A DNA stretch of 48,448 nucleotides from Candidatus Aenigmatarchaeota archaeon (GTDB lineage: Archaea > Aenigmatarchaeota > Aenigmatarchaeia > Aenigmatarchaeales > JAADFI01), in contig WANL01000001.1 of the NCBI GenBank assembly GCA_015521825.1, positions 1 to 48,448 on the forward strand, read 5' to 3'. Under the pieces are notes generated by a model. That model was not told where the DNA came from, did not search any database, and saw only the letters and a list, made by a program, of their open reading frames with translations. Positions 34,655 to 42,377 of the stretch are shown here, one piece after another (position 1 is the first letter of the stretch; the number at the start of each line of letters is the position of its first letter). Made by a program: the position numbers and the translations under genes.

Positions 34655-34966
34655 TTAACTTATTTTAAACATCCTCCCGGACCTTTTAAGGTCCCCGGGA
34701 GACGCGAAAATCCATTTACCGTTTTTCCTGACGGCCAGAACCGGCTCGGCCCCGAAAGCCTCGGCGTACCTCTCGAGTTCCCTGACCTTTTCGGGATAGA
34801 TGTAATCCGAGGTCTGGACCTGGAACGCAAGGACCCTTCCGTTTTTACCAGCGAGTATGTCTACCCCGGTTTTGCTGGCAGAACTCCTTATCACGAGGTA
34901 TCCCTCATCTTCCAGGTGTCTCTTCAGCAACCACTCCTTTTTTATTCCCTTACTCTTATTCGACAT
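34655..34966 (-). CDS. Hjc-like (archaeal Holliday junction resolvase fold) protein with altered catalytic motif
   Basis: KGIKKEWLLKRHLEDEGYLVIRSSASKTGVDILAGKNGRVLAFQVQT aligns by eye to Hjc (..ERE..GF.V.RS.GS..VDLVA....IEVK). The E-x-K motif is Q-V-Q here. Start at the ATG at 34966 (TAATG overlap). Confidence 0.55.
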   Translation of the reverse strand: MSNKSKGIKKEWLLKRHLEDEGYLVIRSSASKTGVDILAGKNGRVLAFQVQTSDYIYPEKVRELERYAEAFGAEPVLAVRKNGKWIFASPGDLKRSGRMFKIS

Positions 34967-35244
34967 TACCTCCTCACCGGCCACAGCAGGATTCTGATCA
35001 CGGACGCCAGGAGCTTGAGAAAGTGGTAGGCGATGAAAAGCGCGAGACCGAAGGCCGCGAAGTAAAGGCCTGTCTGGAGGTCGGCCGAAACCGGAATGTC
35101 GAGACCGAAAAACTTTACAATCCACGGGAAGGAAAAGGAAATAGCGGCGATGAGCGCGGCCTGGATAGCAAGCTTCACGGCCCGGTACACGAGAAACACG
35201 AAGACCGCGAATATCAAAAGCACGAAAATCGTCTGGGCGTCCAT
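34966..35244 (-). CDS. small three-TM membrane protein, function unknown
   Basis: 92-aa hydrophobic ORF, translationally coupled to the Hjc-like gene. Confidence 0.4.
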   Translation of the reverse strand: MDAQTIFVLLIFAVFVFLVYRAVKLAIQAALIAAISFSFPWIVKFFGLDIPVSADLQTGLYFAAFGLALFIAYHFLKLLASVIRILLWPVRR

Positions 35245-35276
35245 AATTAAACTTTGAGTGCGGAAGTTAAAAACTT

Positions 35277-35459
35277 TTACAGGACTTTAACGATTCTTGC
35301 CTTTACCCTTCCCTTTCCGCCGGTTGGCTCGGCCAGAACTGAACCGCAGACCAGACACCGCACCACGGTGGACGGTCTGTTGAATATTATCTGCTCGTTC
35401 TTACACCTGCACACAACTTTAAGGAACCTCGACGCCGGGGAAGGTATTTCAACCGTCAT
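35277..35459 (-). CDS. rps27e: 30S ribosomal protein S27e
   Basis: Contains [38 protein letters not shown], the S27e zinc ribbon. Confidence 0.88.
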   Translation of the reverse strand: MTVEIPSPASRFLKVVCRCKNEQIIFNRPSTVVRCLVCGSVLAEPTGGKGRVKARIVKVL

Positions 35460-35744
35460 TCACTTCACCAAAACGAACTTTTTCACACGGAAACCGGAGC
35501 CGACCGTGTGTTTTTTACCGCACTCCTTGCACAGGTACCTGAGGTCGAGCTTCCTCGTCGGTTTTTCCCTGCCACGCGGATTCGGCTTCGGAAAGGAGCC
35601 GTATCCCTTCAGCTTTCTTTTGAACCTCCGCTGCCCCTCTGCCAGAGCCCGCTTTTTCTTAGAGACGCTCACTCGGTGGACTTCGTGGTCCGTGTGCCTC
35701 TTGCAAAAGGGGCAGTACCTCCGCTGGGAATTCGGAACCTCCAT
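35460..35744 (-). CDS. rpl44e: 50S ribosomal protein L44e
   Basis: Contains [22 protein letters not shown] and the basic tail. Confidence 0.88.
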   Translation of the reverse strand: MEVPNSQRRYCPFCKRHTDHEVHRVSVSKKKRALAEGQRRFKRKLKGYGSFPKPNPRGREKPTRKLDLRYLCKECGKKHTVGSGFRVKKFVLVK

Positions 35745-36254
35745 TCACACCCTCTCCGCGAATCCTCTGGTGACCAGCATGTTAGCGACGTCCCCGGGCA
35801 CCTCGATCTCGTCCCCGGGTTTGAACGGCCCGTAGGACTTCATGGACGAATCCACGATCCTTGGTACATCCTTTTTTACTCTTAGTTTTACTACATTTTC
35901 ATTTATATTCTTTTCCCCAGGTGCTTTCGGGACCGAAGACGATAGGTGTTCCTTAAGGAGGGATACCACGGCATCGTAGAGCTCGGCTTCCTTTTCTGTC
36001 ATGTACCTCGGGGGAGGAACGCCCTTGAGGGAGAAAACCGCTGCCCTGACGGTCTTCCCTGCTCTCAGCATGACTATTTCGTCCAAAAGCTTTCTCGCGT
36101 TTTCCGACTCCACGGCCGAAAGGGGGTCGTTTTCCCTTTTTCTCCTCTCCGCCCACTCGGCTGCCTGGGAAAAGAAGTCTTCCGGAAGCTCCTGGAGATC
36201 GTGGTTTTCCCTCTCCGCTCTGTGTACCGACCTTATGGTTTCGTAGGTTATCAT
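35745..36254 (-). CDS. GINS complex subunit (Gins51/Gins23-like)
   Basis: 169 aa. Starts ITYETIRSVHRAERENHDLQELPEDFF.. and has the C-terminal small beta domain GPFKPGDEIEVPGDVANMLVTRGFAE. Located directly downstream of priS, as in many archaea. Confidence 0.65.
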   Translation of the reverse strand: MITYETIRSVHRAERENHDLQELPEDFFSQAAEWAERRKRENDPLSAVESENARKLLDEIVMLRAGKTVRAAVFSLKGVPPPRYMTEKEAELYDAVVSLLKEHLSSSVPKAPGEKNINENVVKLRVKKDVPRIVDSSMKSYGPFKPGDEIEVPGDVANMLVTRGFAERV

Positions 36255-36255
36255 A

Positions 36256-37473
36256 CTATTTCTTTCTCCTTCCTCTCTTTAAAATCTTTGCCGGGTACTG
36301 AACCGGATTCTTTATCCCGCGGCAGACGTCGTCCGGTCTGCAGATTCCGAGGGAGCCGATGAAAAGTTCGTTGGAACACCCGGGCGGCAGAAGTCTCCTG
36401 CTCTGCCTGAGGTGCCACTTGAGCTGGGTTCTGATGGTGTTTTCCCTGAGAGGGGGTCTGTTTCTCGAGTTCCAGTTTTCGAGAGCCGACTCTATTTCCT
36501 TGGCAGACCAGCCGGAAGATCTTAAGAACGTAACGAGGGTGAAGATAGACCTCTTCCTTCCGTCCGAAAGCCCGGAGAGAATGTTCTTGATACACGGGGG
36601 GAACGCGCTTTCCGGCACCTTCACCCCGGCGGTGTGCCTGACCCCGGTCTTCGGTTTTTTCTTCGGCAGGAAGGCCGAGGCCTCGTCCACAAGGGTAGAG
36701 GCGTCCCCGGACCCGGAAAATTCGAGAGAGAGATCGGCGTTCTCGGGTCTGGCCGATTCCGGATCGAAGGAGAGCGGATCCCTGACCGGAACGGAAACGA
36801 GCAGAGTCTTGTGGTGTATTGTGTAGGGTGCCCTGAACAGGTGCCGGGAACCCCAGTTCGACTCTATTTCTACCGCCTCGAAGGCGGAGAATTTTTCAAA
36901 CCCTCCTATCGCTCTGGAAAGGGAAGCGTAGCCGCCTTCGAAGGAAGCGAGCCTCTCCAGGATTTCTTTATCCACCTTAGACTTAACGAATTCAACTATG
37001 GCCCTCGGAAGCTCTGGGTACAGAGACGCCGTGGGTCTGAGGTCCACGGACTCCGGAAAGCAGGAAAAAGGGATGAAAATGTGAAAGCCCCTTCTCCCGG
37101 AAAACTTGACCCCGGCCTTTATTCCGAAATCCGAGAGGAACTCGAGGACGGCGGAGGCCGCGATCTTGGAGTGCTCGAGACTGAACTTCGCGTCTATGTC
37201 GATGAGAAGGTCCCATCCGATCCTCAGTTCATCGAGTTCCTCGGCCTTCATCTCGCTTTTCAGCCTCAGCGGGTCCTTCCAGAGCTCGACTGAACAGTGG
37301 AAGCTGATCACCCCGGACTCCACGCGCTGAATCAGGTCCCCGGGGTATACAAGAGTGTCCGGCCTTTTTAAGAAGGAGCCGTCAGGAAGCGAGCACGCCA
37401 CCTCCCGGTTAGCCGCGAATTCCACTATCCTTCTCGCGACATCCTTCCGCGAATAGTAATCCTTCGGATCCAT
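36256..37473 (-). CDS. priS: DNA primase small subunit PriS fused to a PriL-CTD-like Fe-S helical domain
   Basis: Catalytic core WDLLIDIDAKF, SGRRGFHIFIP. The C-terminal 115 aa or so read FPPCIKNILSGL..RSIFTLVTFLRSSGWS..PPGCS..GICRPDDVCRGIKNPVQY, with four Cys. Confidence 0.8.
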   Translation of the reverse strand: MDPKDYYSRKDVARRIVEFAANREVACSLPDGSFLKRPDTLVYPGDLIQRVESGVISFHCSVELWKDPLRLKSEMKAEELDELRIGWDLLIDIDAKFSLEHSKIAASAVLEFLSDFGIKAGVKFSGRRGFHIFIPFSCFPESVDLRPTASLYPELPRAIVEFVKSKVDKEILERLASFEGGYASLSRAIGGFEKFSAFEAVEIESNWGSRHLFRAPYTIHHKTLLVSVPVRDPLSFDPESARPENADLSLEFSGSGDASTLVDEASAFLPKKKPKTGVRHTAGVKVPESAFPPCIKNILSGLSDGRKRSIFTLVTFLRSSGWSAKEIESALENWNSRNRPPLRENTIRTQLKWHLRQSRRLLPPGCSNELFIGSLGICRPDDVCRGIKNPVQYPAKILKRGRRKK

Positions 37474-37497
37474 GTATAATATTCGGTGGGTAAAACT

Positions 37498-38424
37498 TTA
37501 ATTTGTGCCGAGCCCCGGTTTCTTCCTTCCCGAGCTCAGAAGGACCACCCGGCTGTCCGGTTTCTCGTTCTCCACCCGGTATCCCAGAAGTTCGGAGATT
37601 TTTTCCGAAAACTCCCGGATCTCGCGGTGGAGCGGCATCTGAGAGTACTTCAGCCTATCCTTTGCGAAACCCACGGGCATGGCCGCCTTGACTTCAACGA
37701 AGTCCGGTTCGGCTATCGAAATAAGTTCGGCGTACTTCTCCGGAAGCTCGAAATTGAGTCCTTTGGCCAGGGTCAGCCTCACGACCCTCCTCGTGTTCAT
37801 ATCCCTCATCAGTTCCAGACTACGCAGAAGCCTGGGCCAGCCGTTTCGGATCTCCGGTGCGTGAACCTTCCTGAAGTGCTTCTCCGTCGGAGAACAGACC
37901 GAGATGTAAAACTGGGTCGGAAGGGTTTCGAGCGCCTCTATTCTTTCGGGCAGGGTTCCGTTTGTGACCAGAAAGGTCGTCATCCCGCGCCTGTGAAACT
38001 CGGAAAGAAGGCCGGACATTCTCGAGTAGATCATGGGTTCCCCGGCAAGGGAAATGGCCGCGTGCTTCGGGCTCCTCGCCTCCCTGAGTTTTTCTGGATC
38101 GTGCGGAACACCCCCGAGCCCTGTTAAAAGCTGGTTATGAAGCCGTAGGATGCTATCAACGACTTCCTTCGGCTCCAACTCTTCCGGAATCTCGCAACCG
38201 AGGGATGCCTCGGTTATGGGTCTCCAGCAGTAGGTGCACCTCAGAGTGCACCACGCCACAGAAGGCGTGCACTGAACGCAGCGGTGGGACTTTATTCCGT
38301 AAAATTTTTCCTTGTAGCAGAAACCCAGGCCCCGGACGGACTTTTTCGTCCACAGGCAGAGCTTGACCGCGGCGTGACCGTGGATTTTGTACCTCTGTCT
38401 GGCGAGAATTTCGAAAGCGTCCAT
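37498..38424 (-). CDS. taw1: tRNA 4-demethylwyosine synthase Taw1/TYW1 (radical SAM)
   Basis: Contains HRCVQCTPSVAWCTLRCTYCWRP and the AISLAGEPMIY motif. 308 aa. Confidence 0.85.
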   Translation of the reverse strand: MDAFEILARQRYKIHGHAAVKLCLWTKKSVRGLGFCYKEKFYGIKSHRCVQCTPSVAWCTLRCTYCWRPITEASLGCEIPEELEPKEVVDSILRLHNQLLTGLGGVPHDPEKLREARSPKHAAISLAGEPMIYSRMSGLLSEFHRRGMTTFLVTNGTLPERIEALETLPTQFYISVCSPTEKHFRKVHAPEIRNGWPRLLRSLELMRDMNTRRVVRLTLAKGLNFELPEKYAELISIAEPDFVEVKAAMPVGFAKDRLKYSQMPLHREIREFSEKISELLGYRVENEKPDSRVVLLSSGRKKPGLGTN

Positions 38425-38427
38425 ACT

Positions 38428-39141
38428 TCACCAGAACTTCTTTATGAACTTCGGGTCATCGATACCGGTGTACTTCCTGAAGCCGTCCCCGTCCACCACG
38501 GCGAGCTCGACTTCCTGAACCTTCGCATCCTTCTCCCCGGCCCTGAGGGCTTTCAAAATCAGCTTTATCGCCGACTTCTCGTCCAGCCCCTCCTTCCACT
38601 CCTTCCTCAGCACCTTCACGGACTTTTCGGAACCCCGGCCTATTACGTGGGCCTTCCACCCGTAGTAGGCCGAGGACGGGTCCACCTCGAAGAGCTGGGG
38701 ACCACTCTCATCCACACCCCCAACCAGCAGCGCCACCCCGAAGGGCCTGACTCCTCCGTACTGGGTGAAAATCTGCATCCTGTCCGATATTTCCCTTACG
38801 CAGCCGAGAACGTCGAGCGGCTCGTCGTAGGTGATTCTGTGAATCTGGGCCTTGATCCTGGCGGTGTCTATGAGGACCCTGCCGTCAGCGAGAAACCCGG
38901 ACATGGCGGCCGCAAGGTTGTCGTCTATCTGGTGAATTTTGTCGCTGCCCGCGTTCGGAACGCTCAGAGGCTGCAGGTTCCGGATAGCCGCGAAAACCAC
39001 ACCGTCTCTGAACACCAGGGCAAGGGAAGTAGACCCCCTCTTAACAGCTTCCCTGGCGTATTCCACCTGGAAGAGTCTGCCGTCCGGGGAAAATGTTACT
39101 ATAGCCCTGTCGTAACCCATGAACTCGGGCATGACCTCCAT
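38428..39141 (-). CDS. psmA: proteasome subunit alpha
   Basis: Contains YDRAIVTFSPDGRLFQVEYAREAVKRGST. Confidence 0.92.
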   Translation of the reverse strand: MEVMPEFMGYDRAIVTFSPDGRLFQVEYAREAVKRGSTSLALVFRDGVVFAAIRNLQPLSVPNAGSDKIHQIDDNLAAAMSGFLADGRVLIDTARIKAQIHRITYDEPLDVLGCVREISDRMQIFTQYGGVRPFGVALLVGGVDESGPQLFEVDPSSAYYGWKAHVIGRGSEKSVKVLRKEWKEGLDEKSAIKLILKALRAGEKDAKVQEVELAVVDGDGFRKYTGIDDPKFIKKFW

Positions 39142-39170
39142 AAAACCACCCGAAATAAGGTTTCTCTCGG

Positions 39171-39479
39171 TTATTTATAAAGATTAACCGATTCGAGCAC
39201 CTTTTTCCTGAGTTCCAGGTCCAGTTTTCCGGCATCGATAAGGACCTCGGCTCTGGCCTCGAAGGAATCCGTAAGGGGGAGGATTCTGGCTATGACCATT
39301 ACCTTTTTCCCGGATTCCGGAACCTCGTCCGAAACAACCTCAACGGTCCCGGTACCGTCGTCGAGAACGAAAGATCCGGATCCGGTATGAACGACAGTCC
39401 CGGCGATCCGAACCCTGACGTCATCCGGTCCGATGTCCTTTACGAGTTTTTCTTTCGCCGGAATTCTCTGGGAGCGCAT
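39171..39479 (-). CDS. OB-fold nucleic-acid-binding protein (RPA/Stn1-like small OB)
   Basis: 102 aa with VRVRIAGTVVHTGSGSFVLDDGTGTVEVV, a typical tRNA_anti-like OB start. Confidence 0.5.
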   Translation of the reverse strand: MRSQRIPAKEKLVKDIGPDDVRVRIAGTVVHTGSGSFVLDDGTGTVEVVSDEVPESGKKVMVIARILPLTDSFEARAEVLIDAGKLDLELRKKVLESVNLYK

Positions 39480-39974
39480 TTAACCACACTTGTAACCGAT
39501 GTCTCTAAGGAATTTTTTCCTTTCCCCAACATCTGCCTCGGTCTCGACCCCGAGAGGCGGCGACCCGTCAACCACGCCGAGAATCCCCCTTCCCTGTTCG
39601 GTCTCGGCAACGATGACCTGAAGGGGGTTGGCCGTGGCGCAGTACACCGAACAGACTTCGGAAACGGATTTCACCCTGTTCAGAACGTTTATCGGATATC
39701 CTTCCCTGAGAAGGATCACGAAGCAGTGGCCGGCGCCGATTTCCCGGGCTATCTCCGAGGCCCGGTTCTCCAGATCCTTCTCGTTCCCGGCGGTCCTGAC
39801 GAGTCTCTTTCCCGAAGCCTCGCAAAACGCTATTCCGAACCTGAGACCCGGGGAGGATTCGACAAGGGTCTCGTAAAGGTCCTCGACCGTTTTTATGAAG
39901 TGGGCCTGGCCCAGGATGATGTTGCAGTTTTCCGGAATTTCCACCCTCACGACTTTTATCTCCATGCCGTCCAC
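39480..39974 (-). CDS. adenosine-specific kinase family protein (PF04008-like)
   Basis: Contains [49 protein letters not shown] and [16 protein letters not shown]. Confidence 0.7.
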   Translation of the reverse strand: MDGMEIKVVRVEIPENCNIILGQAHFIKTVEDLYETLVESSPGLRFGIAFCEASGKRLVRTAGNEKDLENRASEIAREIGAGHCFVILLREGYPINVLNRVKSVSEVCSVYCATANPLQVIVAETEQGRGILGVVDGSPPLGVETEADVGERKKFLRDIGYKCG

Positions 39975-39986
39975 CGTACTTCGAAT

Positions 39987-40114
39987 GGTGGGGTCGCCAG
40001 GATTTCCGCCGCTTTGAACCTGGATCTGCCGGTTTCTTCATCCTCCCGTCGGAGCTCCAGCTCTGGAGCCGGCCGTAATTTCCAGCCGCAGAGCCTGGTT
40101 ATACTACGACCCCC
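39987..40114 (-). tRNA. tRNA-Trp (anticodon CCA) with three insertions (D-loop about 12 nt, anticodon loop 29 nt, T-loop about 10 nt) and encoded CCA
   Basis: Hand fold of the minus strand: GGGGTCG TA GTAT AACC[AGGCTCTGCGGC]TGGAAA TTAC G GCCGG CTCCAG[AGCTGGAGCTCCGACGGGAGGATGAAGAA]A CCGGC AGAT CCAGG TTCAAA[GCGGCGGAAA]T CCTGG CGACCCC A CCA. Acceptor (7 bp), anticodon (5 bp) and T (5 bp) stems are perfect. Confidence 0.6.
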
Positions 40115-40151
40115 TTCTTTTATAATCCCCTTTCCTCCTTAAAAATTTTTG

Positions 40152-41759
40152 CTACATCCTGGACACGGTTTCTATTCCGAGAAGCCCGAGACCGGTCTCC
40201 AGAACGGTAGAAACGCACCTTACGATCTCCAGCCTCCTTCCCTCGTGCTCCGAGCCGACGACCCTGTGTTTTTCGTAGAATCTGTTAAAAGCATCGGAAA
40301 GGTCGAAGAGGAAGCGGGCGAGACGGTGCGGTTTCAGGTCCTCGGCGGACTTTTTTACGACGGACGGGAACCGGGATATCAGCCTGAGGAGTTCGATCTC
40401 CTCGGGGGCCAGATCCGAGAACTCTAAACCGCCGGGGTCTCCGGCCTTTTCGAGTATGGATTTTGCCCTGACCAGGGTGTAGAGGAGATAGGGACCGGTG
40501 TCTCCCTTCAGCTTCGTCGCCTCCTCCAGGTCGAAGGAAACCGGGGTGTTCGTGTCCATTTTGAGCATCCCGTACTTAAGCGCGGCCAAGGCGACCTTCC
40601 CGGCGGATTCGCTTCCGTACTCAGCCTCCACCTTCTTCCTGAGTGCTTCGGTCACATCGTGATACGTCACGACATTACCCTCCCTCGAGGACATCTTTCC
40701 GGATTTCAGTCTGACGAGCTCGTAGGAAAGGTGGTGACTCTTCGCCGAAAGTTCCGGATCCATCATCTCGAAAATTTTGAACACCTGCTTAAAGTAGAGA
40801 TTCTGCTCAGAGGCAACCACGTGAATACATCGATCTATACCTTCCGAAAACTGGAGTTCGGCCAGCCCCAGTTCCTTCGCCGGGTAAAGGGGGTATCCTT
40901 CCTTCGTGACCAGGACCACGATGCCGAGGTCGAATTCGGTGAGGTCGACCACAACGGCGCCGTCGCTGATTTTCGCGATCCCCCTCCGAAGAAGATCGAG
41001 GGCTATTCTCTTCCCGGGTTCCGCCGTCTGGCTTTCGAAGTAAAGTCTGTCGAACCTCACTCCGAACTCCCGGTAAATGGAGTCGAAGTACTCCAGACTC
41101 CACTCTCTGGTTTTTCTCCAGACCTCAACGGTTTCCGGGTCACCCTCGTACAGGGCCTTGGTTATTCTTTTAACTTCCTCTTCCGGAGCCTTTTTACAGG
41201 CTTCGGTGTAGAGCTTTCCTAACAGCCTTCCCTTCTCAACCGGGTCCTTCGGCTCCGGGAATTCTAGGTTCAGGTACCCCCAGATACACTTTGCCACATG
41301 CGGCCCGATATCGCCCTGGTAATTGGCCCTCAGGACTCTGTTTCCCCTGAACTCGAGAATTCTTGCCACGGCCTCGCCTATGCAGAGGTTCCTGACGTGA
41401 CCTATGTGAAGCTCCTTGTGGGTATTCGCGTGGCAGAATTCCACCATCACCTTTTTTCCTTCGTTTCCCCTCCCGTAAGACGGACCGACGGCCTTCAGAA
41501 GCCGCGGAGCGAATTTCTCCCAGTCGATCCGAAAATTCAGATACGGACCTTCGGAAATGGGGATAACGAACTCCGCCCGGACCGAGGACGCGAGATCCGA
41601 AGCCGCGGAAACCGGATCCGGAGAGAGCCCGAAGCAAGGAAGGCAGAAGTCCCCGTGCGGGCTGCCGGCCGGAAGTTCCCTTACCTCCACATTCTTTCCC
41701 AGGACACGGGAGAGAGTGGAGGATAACTCTGACTTAAGACTGCTCCAGGGGTCGGACAC
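40152..41759 (-). CDS. argS: arginine--tRNA ligase
   Basis: Class I HIGH region CHANTHKELHIGHVRN, a KMSS-like GKMSSREGNVV and the C-terminal DALR anticodon-binding domain. GTG start. Confidence 0.9.
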   Translation of the reverse strand: MSDPWSSLKSELSSTLSRVLGKNVEVRELPAGSPHGDFCLPCFGLSPDPVSAASDLASSVRAEFVIPISEGPYLNFRIDWEKFAPRLLKAVGPSYGRGNEGKKVMVEFCHANTHKELHIGHVRNLCIGEAVARILEFRGNRVLRANYQGDIGPHVAKCIWGYLNLEFPEPKDPVEKGRLLGKLYTEACKKAPEEEVKRITKALYEGDPETVEVWRKTREWSLEYFDSIYREFGVRFDRLYFESQTAEPGKRIALDLLRRGIAKISDGAVVVDLTEFDLGIVVLVTKEGYPLYPAKELGLAELQFSEGIDRCIHVVASEQNLYFKQVFKIFEMMDPELSAKSHHLSYELVRLKSGKMSSREGNVVTYHDVTEALRKKVEAEYGSESAGKVALAALKYGMLKMDTNTPVSFDLEEATKLKGDTGPYLLYTLVRAKSILEKAGDPGGLEFSDLAPEEIELLRLISRFPSVVKKSAEDLKPHRLARFLFDLSDAFNRFYEKHRVVGSEHEGRRLEIVRCVSTVLETGLGLLGIETVSRM

Positions 41760-41763
41760 GGAA

Positions 41764-42339
41764 TCACCTGACGGTTATCTTTATTACCGTGGTGTTCTCG
41801 CTGGACCTGTACCTCACGAGTTCAAGGCTCTTTCCTTTCATGGTGGCGTTGGGCGAGAACTGAATCATGAGGAATCCCTTCTGAACGAGGCTGTAGGTCT
41901 CCTCTCCGGTAGGTGTCCTGACCACCACATCGCCTGAAAGAAGGATCGCATCGGATTCCGGGTACATGAACCTCATCGAATACCTGGTTACCCCGTCGGC
42001 CTCACAGGATTCCCACAGTCTTTTACCGGAGTCGATAGGTCTCCATGGGTATCCGGAGCACACAGGGTACCTGGAAATTATGGTGTAGTAGATTCCGTCC
42101 GGTCTGACCTCGAGGTCCCCGCGGCTGACCGAAAAGACACACCTGTTTCCGGCTCCCGTCCTGGCCGTCTCCAGAATTTTCTGGGCGCATTTAGTGAACT
42201 CGGACTTCACCTTGTCTATCTCGGAAGCGTCGAAGCCGCCCTGAAGGGTGTCGTATGCCCAGGGAGCCGCCACAATCGCGAGGGAAACCAGAACGGAGAA
42301 AATGAGAACCGCCTGCAGGACCGTGGACTGTGCCTTCAT
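41764..42339 (-). CDS. class III signal-peptide (minor-pilin-like) protein, 191 aa
   Basis: N-terminus MKAQSTVLQAVLIFSVLVSLAIVAAP has the same MKAQS leader as the gene at 428-1108. It ends 4 nt before the argS start. Confidence 0.55.
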   Translation of the reverse strand: MKAQSTVLQAVLIFSVLVSLAIVAAPWAYDTLQGGFDASEIDKVKSEFTKCAQKILETARTGAGNRCVFSVSRGDLEVRPDGIYYTIISRYPVCSGYPWRPIDSGKRLWESCEADGVTRYSMRFMYPESDAILLSGDVVVRTPTGEETYSLVQKGFLMIQFSPNATMKGKSLELVRYRSSENTTVIKITVR

Positions 42340-42377
42340 AGTTTATTCTTTCTTACTGTTCTTTAAAAAAGTTTCGG

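Noticed and set aside
40035-40063. C/D box guide RNA inside the tRNA-Trp anticodon-loop intron, as in some euryarchaeal tRNA-Trp introns
   Set aside because: Only GGATGAAGA is present. There is no clean RUGAUGA C box and no CUGA D box, and 29 nt is too short for a C/D sRNA.
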